Position numbers and translations under genes: made by a program. A stretch of DNA of 63,937 nt, filler included, from Chiloscyllium plagiosum (lineage: Eukaryota), in assembly GCF_004010195.1 (NCBI RefSeq). It is 4 parts of 2 records of this genome, joined end to end, with 100 filler letters (N's around TTAATTAATTAA, not from the genome) between each part and the next. Parts side by side here need not be neighbours in the genome. Positions count along the whole stretch, not along the records: positions 24,535 to 43,252 come from NC_057715.1; positions 43,353 to 61,342 come from NC_057715.1; 2 more parts are not named here. One strand, written 5' to 3'. Every line of letters starts with the position of its first letter. Position 1 is the stretch's first letter. The notes under the pieces were generated by a model. That model did no database searches. It was not told where the DNA came from and saw only the letters and a program-made list of their open reading frames with translations. Below are positions 40,001 to 51,943 of the stretch, piece by piece.

Positions 40001-41510
40001 GGGTGACCTTATAGAAGTTTATAAAATCATCAGGGGCGTGGATAGGGTAAATAGACAAAGTCTCTTCCCTGGGGTGGGGGAGTTTGAACTAGAGGGCACA
40101 GGTTTAGGGTGAGAGGAGAAAGATGAAAAAGAGATCTAAGAGGCAACCTTTTCACGCAGAGGGTGGTGTGTGTAAGGAATGAGCCGCCAGAGGAAGTGGT
40201 GGAGGCTAATACAATTGCAACATTTAAGAGGCATTTGGATGGTTATATGAATGGGAAGTGTTTGGAAGGATATGGGTCAGGTTCTGGCGGGTGAGACTAG
40301 ATTGGATTGGGATATCTGGTCGGCATGGACAAGTTAAACTGAAGGGTCTGTTTCAGTGCTGTACATCTCAATGACTCTATGACTCTAAGTTTAGTAGTCA
40401 GTGTCTCAGTATTTCCCTTGACAACATTGTTTTTTTTCAGCGTGAATACTGATGAAAAAGATTCATTTAGTGCTTCCCCTATCTCCTCGGACTCCACGCA
40501 CAACTTCCCACTATTGTCCTTGATTGGCCCTTATCTTTCTCTAGTCATTCTTTTATTCCTGATATACCTATAGAAAGCTTTGGGGTTTTCCTTGATCCTA
40601 TCTGACAACAACTTCTCATGTCTCCTCCTGGCTCTATGTAGCTCTCTGTTTAGGTCTTTCCTGGCTAACTTGTAACTCTCAAGTGCCCTAACTAAGCCTT
40701 CATGTCTCATCCAAACATATGCCCTCTTCTTCCTCTTGACAAGAGATTCAACTTCTGTAGTAAATCATGGCTCCCTCGCTCAACCACTTCCTCCCTGTCT
40801 GACAGCTGCATACTTATCAAGGTCATGCAGTAGCTGCTCCTTGAATAAACTCCATATTTCAATTGTGTCTATCCCTTGCAGTTTCCTTCTCTATCCTTTG
40901 CAAACAAAATCTTGCCTAATTGCATCATAATTGCCTTTCCCCCAGCAATAACTCTTTCCTGCATTATATACTTATCCCTTTCCATCGCTCAAGTAAATTG
41001 TGGTCACTATCACCTAAGTGCTCACCTACCTCCAAATCAAACAACTGGCCAGTTTCATTACCCCCAGTGCCAAATCCAATGTGGCCTCGTCCCTTGCTGG
41101 TTTGTCTACATACTGTGTCAGGAAACCATCCTGCACACATTGGACAAAAACTGACCCATCTAAGGTACTTGATCTATAGTATTTCCAGTCAATATTTGGA
41201 AAAATACCCCAACAACTACCCTGTTACTCTTGCTCCCATCCAGAATGATCTTTGCTATCCTTTCCTCTACATCTCTTGAACTATTTGGAGCCCTATTGAA
41301 AACTCCCAACAGGGTGACCTCTCCTTTCCTCTTCCTAACCTCAGCCCATACTACCTTAATAGACGAGTCCTCAAACATCCTTTCTGACACTGTAATACTG
41401 TCCTTCACTAACAATGCCACACCCCTCCCTCTTTTACCATCTTCTCTGTTCTTACTGAAGTATCTAAATCCCAGAACCTGCAACAACCATTCCTGTCCCT
41501 ACTCTATCCA
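37078..41510 (-). mobile_element. Long CR1 LINE ORF2 remnant (endonuclease to 3' UTR), split by later insertions
   Basis: GVALLVKDSI, GVFNRAPNS (41160-41486); VPEDWRIANVAPLIKKGSRDNPGNYRPVS (38368-38673); FINDLDE...SKFTDDTK (37544-38272). A fold-back pLTR element is inserted at ~37475-37695. Confidence 0.92.
38828..40385 (+). mobile_element. 5'-truncated CR1 LINE (RT plus 3' UTR) nested in the opposite orientation
   Basis: YMDFSKAFNKVPH, SGVPQGSVLGPLLFVIYINDLD, KFADGTK; stops and frameshifts; (gactctat)n tail. Confidence 0.95.
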
Positions 41511-42887
41511 TACATAGTAAATAAAGCAGGGTGGGGTGGTGGGTTTGTGACATGGTGAGTAGCATCTGTGCCACTAATTCCAGTCTTACTGAAGCATCTA
41601 AATCCCACAACCTGCAACAACATTCCTGTCCCTGCTCTATCCATACATAGTAAATAAAGCAGGGTGGGGTGGTGGGTTTGTGACATGGTGAGTAGCATCT
41701 GTGCCACTAATTCCAGGTTCGAGTCCCACGCCAGACCACAGAAGGCACATTTGGAAAATGAACAAGCAGTTTGAGTATCAGCCTGTCAATCCCTCGGATT
41801 CAGTTTAACAGGGAGTGAGAGTGGGAGAGCTTCCAGGTCAGCTATGCTTGGTGTGAAGTGGGTCCTCTGATGAGAGGGGTTGTGTTTCTCCTCTGTGGTA
41901 AAAAGGCCATTCAGCCCTTCAAGCCTGCTTTACCATTCAAGATGACATGAGCTTTTTTTCTTTATTCATTCACAGGAGAGGGCATTGCCAGCTAGGCATC
42001 ATTTATTGCCCAGCCCTCATTGCCCAGAGGGCAGTTAAGAGGCAACCACATTGCTGTGGTTTTGGAGTCACATGTAGGCCAGACCAGATAAGAATGCCTG
42101 TTTCCTTCTCTAAAGGAAACAAATTAGTGAACCAGGTGGATTTTTTTCCATCAATCAACAAGGGACATCATTGAACTCTTAATTCCAGGTCTTTATTGAA
42201 CTTAAATCCCACCATCTACCATGGTGGGATTCAGAACCTCGGTCCCTGCACTGTTGTTTGGATCAGCCCTCCAGCAACAATACCACTAGGTCAATGTCCC
42301 TTGACTGATCTAGCACCTCAGTGCCATATCTCAGCTTTCCCCCAGATCCCTCAATAGCTTCAAGATCTAAAAATGTAAGTGTCATGACATTTTGCGGGAA
42401 TGAAATCTATGGAAGCTCTGTCCAAGGTGGGCAATTGTGATGGGGTCAGAGATCAGCTTGTACTTGCAGACTTCAAGAATTAATGCCGTTAGCAGAAGAC
42501 AGCAAGGAATAGGAGACGAGAAAACAAGACAATCAGGTTGAAAGCAAAGCCATAAAATTAAATGACAATACCAGAAAGTGAATAATGTGGGCATAGAAGT
42601 GGAAAACATTGATTTAAGGTAAATGGCAATAGAACCAAAAGTAGAAGGAGGTAAAAAACTTCATACAATATGCGGTTAGGATCTGGAATATACTGGTTAA
42701 AAAATTGGTGGAGAAAGATTGAACCATGCCCTTCAAAAGTGGAAAAACACTTTGTAGTGTGATAGAAAATGAGTAGGAGATTGGGACTCGTTATATTACC
42801 CTTGCAAAGAATCGGGAGTGATGGATAAAGCCAAATGCTGTGCTTTAGTTGTTCATAATTCTGTGACATGAAATGCATAGCATCTGT

Positions 42888-43252
42888 CAAAAATCACACA
42901 ACACCAGGTTATAGTCCAACAGGTTTAATTGGAAGCACACTAGCTTTCGGAGCGACGCTCCTTCGTCAGGTGATAGTGGAGGACTCGATCGCAACACAGA
43001 ATTTATAGCAAAAATTTACAGTGTGTTGTAACTGAAATTATACATTGAAAAAGTGATTGTCTGTTAAGCCTTTCATCTGTTAGAATACAGTGATAGTTTC
43101 ACTTCTTTCATGTGTAAATCACAAACCTTTTATTTTAGTTGCATTCTCGGGTTAGCTGTTAACAATGGTGATAGCTCGACAATATGTTGAAGGTGTTGGC
43201 CCCCTGTGTTCTCTGTCTATGACCTGATGTTTAGATTGATTCTAATCTAAAA
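42888..43252 (-). mobile_element. Penelope-like 3' end, family 2
   Basis: Ends in the aaacctgttggactataacctggtgttgtgtgatt module, also seen at ~50192, ~50395-50560 and ~58210-58400. Carries a hammerhead core. Confidence 0.7.
42938..42972 (-). ncRNA. Minimal type I hammerhead ribozyme motif (family 2)
   Basis: Minus strand reads CAC-CTGACGA-A-GGAGC GTC GCTCC-GAAA-GC-TA-GTG: stem I CAC/GTG, 5-bp stem II, palindromic AGCT stem III, CUA triplet. Confidence 0.75.
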
Positions 43253-43352
43253 NNNNNNNNNNNNNNNNNNNNNNNNNNNNNNNNNNNNNNNNNNNNTTAA
43301 TTAATTAANNNNNNNNNNNNNNNNNNNNNNNNNNNNNNNNNNNNNNNNNNNN
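43253..43352. other. Artificial scaffold spacer (44 N + TTAATTAATTAA + 44 N); identical spacers at 24435-24534 and 61343-61442
   Basis: Three identical 100-bp blocks. The 12-mer has stop codons in all six frames. Confidence 0.95.
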
Positions 43353-43992
43353 TGCACATCCACTAATATCATTTATTGTACCCGTTGCTCCCAATGCGGT
43401 CTCTTCTACATTGGAGAGACTGGACGCCTCCTTGCACAGCGCTTTAGGGAACATCTCCGGGACGCCCGCACCAATCAACCACACCGCCCTGTGGCCCAAC
43501 ATTTCAACTCCCCCTCCCATTCTGCCGAGGACTTGGCGGTCCTGGGCCTCCTTCACTGCCGCTCCCTCACCACCCGACGCCTGGAGGAAGAATGCCTCAT
43601 CCTCCGCCTCGGAACACTTCAACCCCAGGGGACTTCAACAGTTTCCCCTTCCCCCACCTCACCCTAGTTCCAAACTTCCAGTTCAGCACTGTCCCCATGA
43701 CTTGTCCTACCTGCCTATCTTCTTTTCCACCTACCCACTCCACCCTCTTCCCTGACCTATCACCTTCATCTCCTCCCCCACTCACCCTATTGTACTCTAT
43801 GCTACTTTCTCCCCACCCCTACCCTCCTCTAGCTTATCTCTCCACGCTTCAGGCCCTTTATTCCTGATGAAGGGCTTTTGCCTGAAACGTCGATTTTACT
43901 GCTCCTCGGATGTTGCCTGAACTGCTGTGCTTTTCCAGCGCCACTAATCCAGAATCTGGTTTCCAGCATCTGCAGTCATTGTTTTTACCTCA
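43353..43992 (+). mobile_element. Penelope-like element 3' end: GIY-YIG endonuclease plus pLTR with hammerhead core (~43861-43893)
   Basis: Frame from 43353: CTSTNIIYCTRCSQCGLFYIGETGRLLAQRFREHL...PVAQHFNSPSHS...RRLEEECLILRLGTLQPQG, with the IY..CxxC..YIG signature of PLE endonucleases. Confidence 0.93.
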
Positions 43993-44564
43993 GAATGTGA
44001 GCAGGCATTGAGGCAGTCCATCAGTGAGTAGCTCTTAAGAAAGAGTTTCAAAGTAAGAGCAAAGAATTGTGATCCCCCTGTGAAATTTCACCAAATTCGA
44101 TAATCTGCCATGTCATTGATGTCTAGTGGAAATTGCTGTAAAATCTTTGGGATCTGCCTTGATTACGTTGGATATTTGATGGGTGCTTTTGGGTGTTTGA
44201 TCATCCTGGACTGCATTTTATTTCTGGGTGTTACAAAAGAAGTTTGTTGTAAATTGTATTACTGTTCTAATGTGAAAGGGTAAAGTTTATCATTGTTTAT
44301 TGCCTTTATTCTCTTACAAAGTACCCTACTCACCTAATTTAAACATAAAAAATGACTGTTTCTGAGCCATATCATAACATAAAAGCTGGCAGTCTGGTCA
44401 AAGATAATAACAAGCCATACAAAATAAAAATAAAATAAAAAACAGGAATGCCCACATTTTTCACATTATTCCAACACTCCACACAGCCATTAATGCGAAA
44501 GTGTTAATTTACCCAAACACTCTAAAAGCAATTTCACATCCAGATGAAATAAGACACAACTTCA

Positions 44565-45000
44565 TGTGGGGAAAGACTGGACCAACTGGCCTTGTACTCA
44601 CTGGAATTTAGAAAAATTAGGGGTACCTCATTGAAACTTATAAAATCCCGATGGAACTAAACAAGCTAGTTTCGAGAAGAACTTTCCCAGTGGTGGGGAA
44701 TTCCAGAACTAAGGGTCACAATCTAAGAATGAGAGGCAAGCCATTCAGGACTGAGATGTGGAAGAATGTCTTCACTCAGAGAGTTGTGAACCTGTGGAAT
44801 TCTCTCCCACAGGAAGCTGTTGGGGTCAGTTCATTAGATATTTCAAGAGGGAACTGGACATAGCTCTTGCAGCTAAAGGGATCAAAGAGTAAGGGGAGAG
44901 GATGTGACTGGGATACTGAGATTGAATGAACAGCCATGATCATGGTGGAGCAGGCTCGAAGGGCCGAATGGCCTACTCCTGCACCTATTTTTAATATTTC
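44565..45000 (+). mobile_element. CR1 LINE 3' end
   Basis: SRTKGHNLRMRGKPFRTEMWKNVFTQRVVNLWNSLPQ plus UTR. Confidence 0.88.
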
Positions 45001-45204
45001 AATGTTTCAGCCTTAAATTAACATTCGTGGATAAATTAGCGTTGAAGGCATTTGCTGATTTGGAAAGAAAAAGAGGAATAAATAAATTGTCTAAGTAGTT
45101 TAATGGATCTCCTGATCCAAAAGTTATCTCATGAAACACTACCCTTTCCTTCTCTGTCAGGTGTTCTCTGGCCTGCTTTGTATTTCTTGGATCTGTTTGA
45201 CACA

Positions 45205-45572
45205 CTTGCAACCCTCCAAGCACACAACATCAACATCAACTTTACTAGTTTCCTCATCTCCCCTCCTCCCACCTCATCCGAGATCCAACCCTCCAAATCA
45301 GCACTGCCCTCTTGAACTGTCCCACCTGTCCACCTTCCTTCCCACCTATCCGGTTCTCCCCCACAACCTATCACCATTACCTCCCCACCTGCATCTACCT
45401 ACGCCTTCCCAGATACCTTCCCCCCACCCCTACCCCCACCCTCCTATTTATCTCTCAGCCACCTTCCCCCACCCCTACATTCCTGATGAAGGGCTTATGC
45501 CTGAAACATTGACTCTCCTGCTTCTTGGATGCTGCTTGATCTGCTGTGTTTTTCCAGAGCCACACATTTCAA
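45205..45572 (+). mobile_element. Penelope 3' end/pLTR, family 1
   Basis: LATLQAHNININFTSF (end of the endonuclease), C-rich tract, ctgatgaagggcttatgcctgaaacatt. Confidence 0.85.
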
Positions 45573-46379
45573 CACATGCAAAAGGGTCACCTTACCCATT
45601 AGAACTCATTTTAATGAGAAAGCTACCAATGGTAACAAAGCCGGGAAGCCGCACTCTATAAAAGCAATTTTTATTATGACTGTCAATGAATTGAGTGATT
45701 ATGTGAAGCTCTTAATGGAGACAACACAGAACGACATTGGTCTAATTAATGTGCATTCTGGTATATTCCTAATTTTATGCCTGTTCTCATGTGTACTGGA
45801 TTTGAAATTATTATTCAAAGCAGTGAACTAAAGAACCAGATCAAAATAAGCCACAAAAATCAACCTTCTTTGTTATCCAGAAACTCACAAAACAGTCTCA
45901 CTAATTCAGTCATTACCAAATGAAAAGGCATAAATTAAGGATTGCTATGACAAGACTGACACAAAGTTCTGATTAGTGTGGTGCTGGAAAAGCGCAGCAT
46001 GTCAGGCAGTATCCGAGGAGCAGGAAAATCGACGCCTTGGGCAAAAGCCCTTCTCTCTACTTGGGTTGCTTATTAGCACAACCTAAGCAGGAGTAGGAAA
46101 TTTTACTGAAAAACATTGGCCAGTGGGAAGGGAACATCTTTCATCCATTAGGACGTTTATCAAAAACCTTCTGTATGCTCATTCCAGCTTTTTGCTGAGT
46201 ATAGTGAGAGGAGAAATAGTGAATGGGATACTGAGATTTCATGACCAGCCACGATCATACTGAATGATGGAGCAGGCTCAAAGGGTCGAATACCAAGTTT
46301 GTCCCTTATTCTGTGTTAAATGGCCAGCTATGACCTGGACATTTGGATGGGAGGCTTATTACAACCGGCTTTAGTGATG

Positions 46380-46585
46380 TCAAAGTCAAATAGATGTGAA
46401 GCTGGAAAGCACAGCAGGTCAAGACAGCATCCGAGGAGCAGGAAAGTCAATGTTTCAGTCCTGAGAAAGGGTTTTGGCTTGAAACGTTGACTTTCCTGCT
46501 CCTCAGATGCTGACTGACCTGCTGTGCTTTTCCAGCTTCCCAACAATTGCCTCTGGCCTCCACCATCTGCAGTCCTTCCTGACTT
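46380..46585. mobile_element. Fold-back pLTR element, degenerate
   Basis: gctggaaagcacagcaggtc...gagcaggaaagtcaa is mirrored by ttgactttcctgctcc...gacctgctgtgctttt. Another minus-strand module lies at ~45970-46055. Confidence 0.75.
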
Positions 46586-46727
46586 AGAGTTTGGCGATGC
46601 CAAGTTAGGGAGAGGGGAAATTATCCTCACTGTCCATTATCCTCACTCTCTAGTGAGGTAATGCTTATTGCTGTACAATTAACTTGCCTGCTAACACTAA
46701 CCTTCCATTAAGACTTTCTATTCCTGC

Positions 46728-47250
46728 TATTATGTTTCCAGCTGCTCTTACTACCGGATAAGTCAGATTCTTGACTGATGCCTGGCTTGATAGATCATAT
46801 GGTTGTTTAGTTATCTTGCTAGTCAGTTACTGAACATATTCACACAAGGCTGAAGAATGCATCTTTAATAAAAGAATATAATTTATAACACAAAAGAGAA
46901 AAAATGCAATATGTATGAGTCAATTTAGAAAGGTCTTACGATCAATAGCAAGAAGAAATATTCAACACATTTGCTCAGCAATATCCTCTGCAGACACTCA
47001 ATCCCACTAAAATATCACCCTAATCTGCATTTTAAAATTCTTTCTGAGCTGATGGGATCTCAAGCATTTCCTTTCAATAACTTTCTGGAACATAAACAAG
47101 ATGCACCTGTCCCGAGACAGATAGAAATATTAGCTCACTGACATTTTATTCTAACTATTTTGAGGCAGCTAAAACAGTTTAAGGTCTCATCCCAGCTCTG
47201 ATGGCCCGAGTCCATTCAGTCCAAGGTGGTTCTTTAAGAGCAACTCAGCT
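46728..47250 (-). mobile_element. Probable solo LTR remnant (third copy of the family)
   Basis: Reverse complement atatgatctatcaagccagg...atctgacttatccgg...cagctggaaacataata matches the 3' end of 13382-14655. Confidence 0.45.
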
Positions 47251-47687
47251 GGTTCCACTTCTCTTACTTTTCCCAGTAGCCCTGCATTTTGTTTCTCTTC
47301 AGACAACTGTTTGATTTATCTTTCGAAAGCCATGATTCAATCTGCCTCCACCACACTCTCTGGCAGTACATTCCAAATCCTAACCATACAAATATTTTTT
47401 TTCCCACTTTACCTCTGCTTTTGTTACCAATCATCCTATATTTGTCACCTCTTCTGCTCAATGCTTCCAACAATGTGGACTCTTTCTTCTTAGCAAAGTT
47501 ATCTAGTCCACTTCTTATTTTGAGAGCATCCAGCAAATTCCCCTCAAACGTCTCTAAGGAGAACAGTCCGAGCTTTACCGATCTATCCTTCTAACTGAAA
47601 TCTTATCAATAATCTTGTAAATCTTTTCTGTGCCTCTTCAATGTCTTCCCTTTTTCTTAATGTATCCATCCTAAATCTTTGATGTAG

Positions 47688-47990
47688 ATTAGATTAGATT
47701 ACTTACTTCGGCCCAACAAGTCCACACCGACCATCTGAAGAGCAACTCACCCAGACCCATTCCCCTACATTTACCCTTTCACCTAACACTACGGGCAATT
47801 TAGCATGGCCAATTCACCTAACCTGCACATTTTTGGACTATGGGAGGAAACCGGAGCATCCGGAGAAAACCCACGCAGACGCCGGGAGAATGTGCAAACT
47901 CCACACAGGCAGTTGCCTGAGGTGGGAATTGAACCCGAGTCTCTGGTGCTGTGAAGCAACAGTGCTAACCACTGTGCCACTGTGCCATCC
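47688..47990 (-). mobile_element. HE1-type SINE, full length
   Basis: Reverse complement of the 20645-20958 family, with (attag)n tail. Confidence 0.9.
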
Positions 47991-49139
47991 AATATAGAAA
48001 CGGCTGTTTTTTTTGATGAGCCCAAGATTTATATCTCTATTACCAGAAGGTGACATCTACTCCAAAGTTGCTCACTCTTTGCATAATGACTCTCTACCTG
48101 TGTAGAATATCTAGATAGGAAAAGATAGGTCAATACAATGGTAGAGAATGTAATAACTTGCATCAAGTCAGAAGTACATCTGGCAAACCAGCCACTAAGT
48201 AGAGATTAATGACCAGCGGAAATTATCATTTACCATAGCTTCAGGAAGCTGGCTTGAACCCAGAAGTCAATTTCCGATCGAAAGCAAAGTGGGGTGCCAA
48301 TTCTCTTAAACACACACACTTGACCATTCATAGCGTGAATGTCAATAACTCCACAGTGCCAGGTGGAGCAGCTGAGCACTTTCTGAATATTGGCACCTGC
48401 AATATTCTTCAGATGTTTGCTTACTGTAAAAATTGAATTGAAAGAACAAAGATAAAAGGAGCTGCTGCCCCACAGCATTGAAAAAGTTAACACTTAGGAA
48501 TCAGCTAAACATAGGCTCAGTTATTCAGAAAAATGTTTGGGATTGAATGTGCAAGAAATAGTATCAATTGAGCCACTTCTTGAAGCAAAGTGAATTTATC
48601 AGAAATTCATTCTGAAACATATGGGGTTTGGGCATTTGGCAATGCTATAGACTGTAAAAATATTCCAAATCTCGTTTGACAAATCTAACAGTACCTTGTA
48701 AAAATAAAAGGAAGGAAAAAGCACTCATGCTTCAAGTCTAAAAAAGATACAGAAGTGCCTGGAATGCAGAGGTCAGGGGAGGTCAAATAGATATGAGCTC
48801 AATCCAACACATTAGCACTGCTTATGGGTTTCTACCAAGCTACAAGTTATATGGAATTATTTTTATCAAGAGATAACCCTATGTCCAAAAGCACATCCTG
48901 GTAGGCTCCTCATTATTCAAGTCCAACTGTAATTATTTCACCTGTGGGTTCTCTGTGGATCAGCTGAAGAATCTGATTCAGGATTAGCATGAACACCCAC
49001 AGACCTGGTGGTTCATGTTGTTATTGTTGGTGTTCGGAAGAATTTCTGCAGCTGTGGCATCCCTCACCTTCCTAGTCCCACTTTGAATGTTACGCATTTG
49101 GCCTAAATGGTGCTCAGAACTTGTTGAGCCAAATTTCAG

Positions 49140-49420
49140 AGTTGCAGAAGTTTGTAAGGCTCATTTTGTTCAGATGACCCTGTATCATTTATCATGACCA
49201 TCTTGTTGTTTGCCTTGAGAAAGTTTTGAAGAGGGTTTTGTGGATTCTCTAATCATCCATGTGGGCTACATGGTCAGGTCTAAGTTGAATTTTCTTGAGA
49301 TCTCTCGGCTGAGTTGACTCCAGTGTAATAGTGGACTTCATTGTTTGCAATGTTGTCCTGCCAATGAATTCACAATATCAGAATATCAGAAACATAGACA
49401 GTGGGAAACATCCAGGAAAA
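49140..49420 (-). mobile_element. Possible RTE-clade LINE 3' remnant
   Basis: Minus strand reads ...KIQLRPDHVAHMDD*RIHK..., like the RTE C-terminal QLRWxGHVxRMxxxRxPK motif; very decayed. Confidence 0.4.
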
Positions 49421-50031
49421 ATGTATTTTAAAAAGTGGGACTCATTCTTAAACATAAAGAATAGCGAGATTTATTTAGTAAAAATGGACATCATTTATTT
49501 GTGTTGTAGGCAGTAGAATTCATTCAGAAAAGCCATTAGTGGAATGGGAACAATTTATTACCACTACATTTTGGTTACGAAACATTGAAAAAACCCTCCA
49601 CAGTAGGAAAGGGCGACAGCATTTTTTCTGCTGCAAAATAAAGCCCTTTAGGCTAGGAAAACAAATATTCATATTAGGAAAACATGGTATTAGAAATAAT
49701 ATTACTAGGAAGATTTAATTTTGGAGACTGGCCAAATTGACTTAGATATCTTGGAGAAAACAATTTTTAAGATACAAAATCTATCTGTTCTACTTGCTGC
49801 TTGTCCACCTTTATCAACAGCTTATACATATAAAAAAAATATTTCAGCTCCCTTTAGTTCCAAAAGCAGAAACATATGGACTTAAAGCACTAAAGCTTAC
49901 TTTTCACTTCTCAGATTCTACCAGACCTGCTGAGATTGTCCAACACTTTCAGTTTTTATTCCAAACTTGATATTAGATCAGAAACTGAACAAGAAAATAC
50001 ATTTTTATATGCAATCTAGAATGTAGCTAAT

Positions 50032-50418
50032 GATATATACCTTAAAAAGGTGTAGTATAAGCAAAAAAAAAATGCTTTTAAAGAAGTACTGAGAGTGTGG
50101 TGCTGGAAAGACACAGCAGATCAGGCAACATCCGAGGCGCAGGAAAATTGATGTTTTGGGCATAAGCCCTTCATCAGGAATCCCTGATTAGTTTTGGTTA
50201 ACAATCACACAACACCAGGTTATAGATATATACCTTAAAAAGGTGTAGGATAAGCAAAAAACAAAATGCTTTTGAAGAAGTACTGACAGTGTGGTGCTGG
50301 AAAGACACAGCAGATCAGGCAACATCCGAGGCGCAGGAAAATCGATGTTTCGGGCATAAGCCCTTAATCAGGAATCCCTGATTAGTTTTGGTTAACAATC
50401 ACACAACACCAGGTTATA
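50032..50418. repeat. Tandem duplication of about 193 bp containing a pLTR module
   Basis: gatatataccttaaaaaggtgtag...cacacaacaccaggttatag occurs twice with a few substitutions. Confidence 0.9.
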
Positions 50419-50560
50419 GTCCAACAGGTTTATTTGGAAGCACTAGTTCTGGCAGCGCTCTGAAAGCTAATGTTTCCAAATAAACCTGTTGGACTATAAC
50501 CTGGTGTTGTGTGATTGTTAACTTCATCCACCCGGTCCAACCCCGGCACCTCCAAGTCAT
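50390..50560. mobile_element. Fold-back element, family 2
   Basis: gttaacaatcacacaacaccaggttatagtccaacaggtttatttggaa is mirrored by ttccaaataaacctgttggactataacctggtgttgtgtgattgttaac. Confidence 0.85.
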
Positions 50561-51039
50561 GATTGGTTTCCATAATTATTTAAATCTCAGAACAACTAAA
50601 ATGCTTCAAACAGCAAGATTTAAACAGAAAACTCAGTATCCCAGTTAAATCATTGATGATTGCTTAAATGACCTCTGCAGATTAATGGGAAAATGTCTTA
50701 CTTTAAAGCCAATTCAGACAGACAGAATGCTTGTCAGAATTGTTAATGAGTCCTTTATCAGATTTATTACAGTTAAAGGAAGATTTAGGAAGATCTTGAA
50801 AAAGCAATTCAGATTTTAATTGAAATAGAAATCTGGAAGCAACATTGGTCAATCCTTAGAGGAGATTCACAGGAGGTGAACATAATCCATTCACTTCTGA
50901 AGGTTAAAAAAGCAGAAAAGACACATCTTTGTGTCAGGCACGTATCAAAATGACATGTCAACTTAATTATCTAGAAAATCTAGTTAATGTCAAACAGTGG
51001 AAGAGCATGCAGTAGATAATCTCACAGCCATTGGATCAG

Positions 51040-51943
51040 ATTTAAGCTCTACCATATCCATTTATAAATAGTGGTGGACAACTTACAACCACTGACAGGA
51101 GGAGGAGGTTGCACTGATATCTCCATCTTCAGTGACGGGAGACCTCCCCCAAAACATTACTGCAAAATGTAAGGCTGAAACACTTGCAATAATCTTCAAC
51201 CAGAGTGATGAGTGGGTGGTCCATCCTGGCATCCTCCTGAAGCCTCCAACATAGGTGCCAGTCTTCGACCAAGTTGATTTACTGCATATACTATCAAGAA
51301 ACAGCTAAATTACCAGGTACTGAAATGGCCTTGGGATCTGATAATATTCCAGCAATTGTACTGAAGACTTGTGCTCCAGAATTAGCCATACCCCTTGCTA
51401 AAATGTTGCAGTGCACCTGCAACACTGGCAACTACCTGACAAAGTGGAAAATTGCCCCTATAAGCAGGATTGACTTAGCCAGCTAGTTAGTCCAGCCAGA
51501 CTACTCCTGATCATCAGCAAAATGATGGAAGGAGGCATCGATAATACTGCCAAATAACAGTTGCAAAGACACAACCCGCTCACTGACATCCAGTTTGGGG
51601 TCATCAGGGTCACTCATCTCCTGACCCCAGTATGGCATTGCTCCAAATATGGACAGAACAGCTGAACTCCAAACTGAGAGATACTGCCCTTGACCTCAAG
51701 GCTCATTTGACTGAGCATGAAAGCAAGGAGCAGTAGTCAAACCAGAGGCAATAGGAATCAAGGGGAAAATGTTCCACAGGTAGGACTCATGACTAGTTCA
51801 AATCAATCATGTCAGTCCAAGTACATCACTGGATGAGTTCTTCAGGGTGGTTCCCTAGGCCCCAGCATGTTCAGTTGCTTCTCAATGATATTCCCTTCTT
51901 CTTAAAGTCAGGAGTAGTATAATCTTTACTGATATTTACAATG
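51040..51943 (+). mobile_element. Old CR1/L2-group LINE RT remnant (host of the compound insertion; continues at 57335-57890)
   Basis: MALGSDNIPAIVLKTCAPELAIPLAKML...WKIAP, then QFG and V.QG..LGP..F remnants. RT-like sequence resumes after 57335. Confidence 0.75.
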
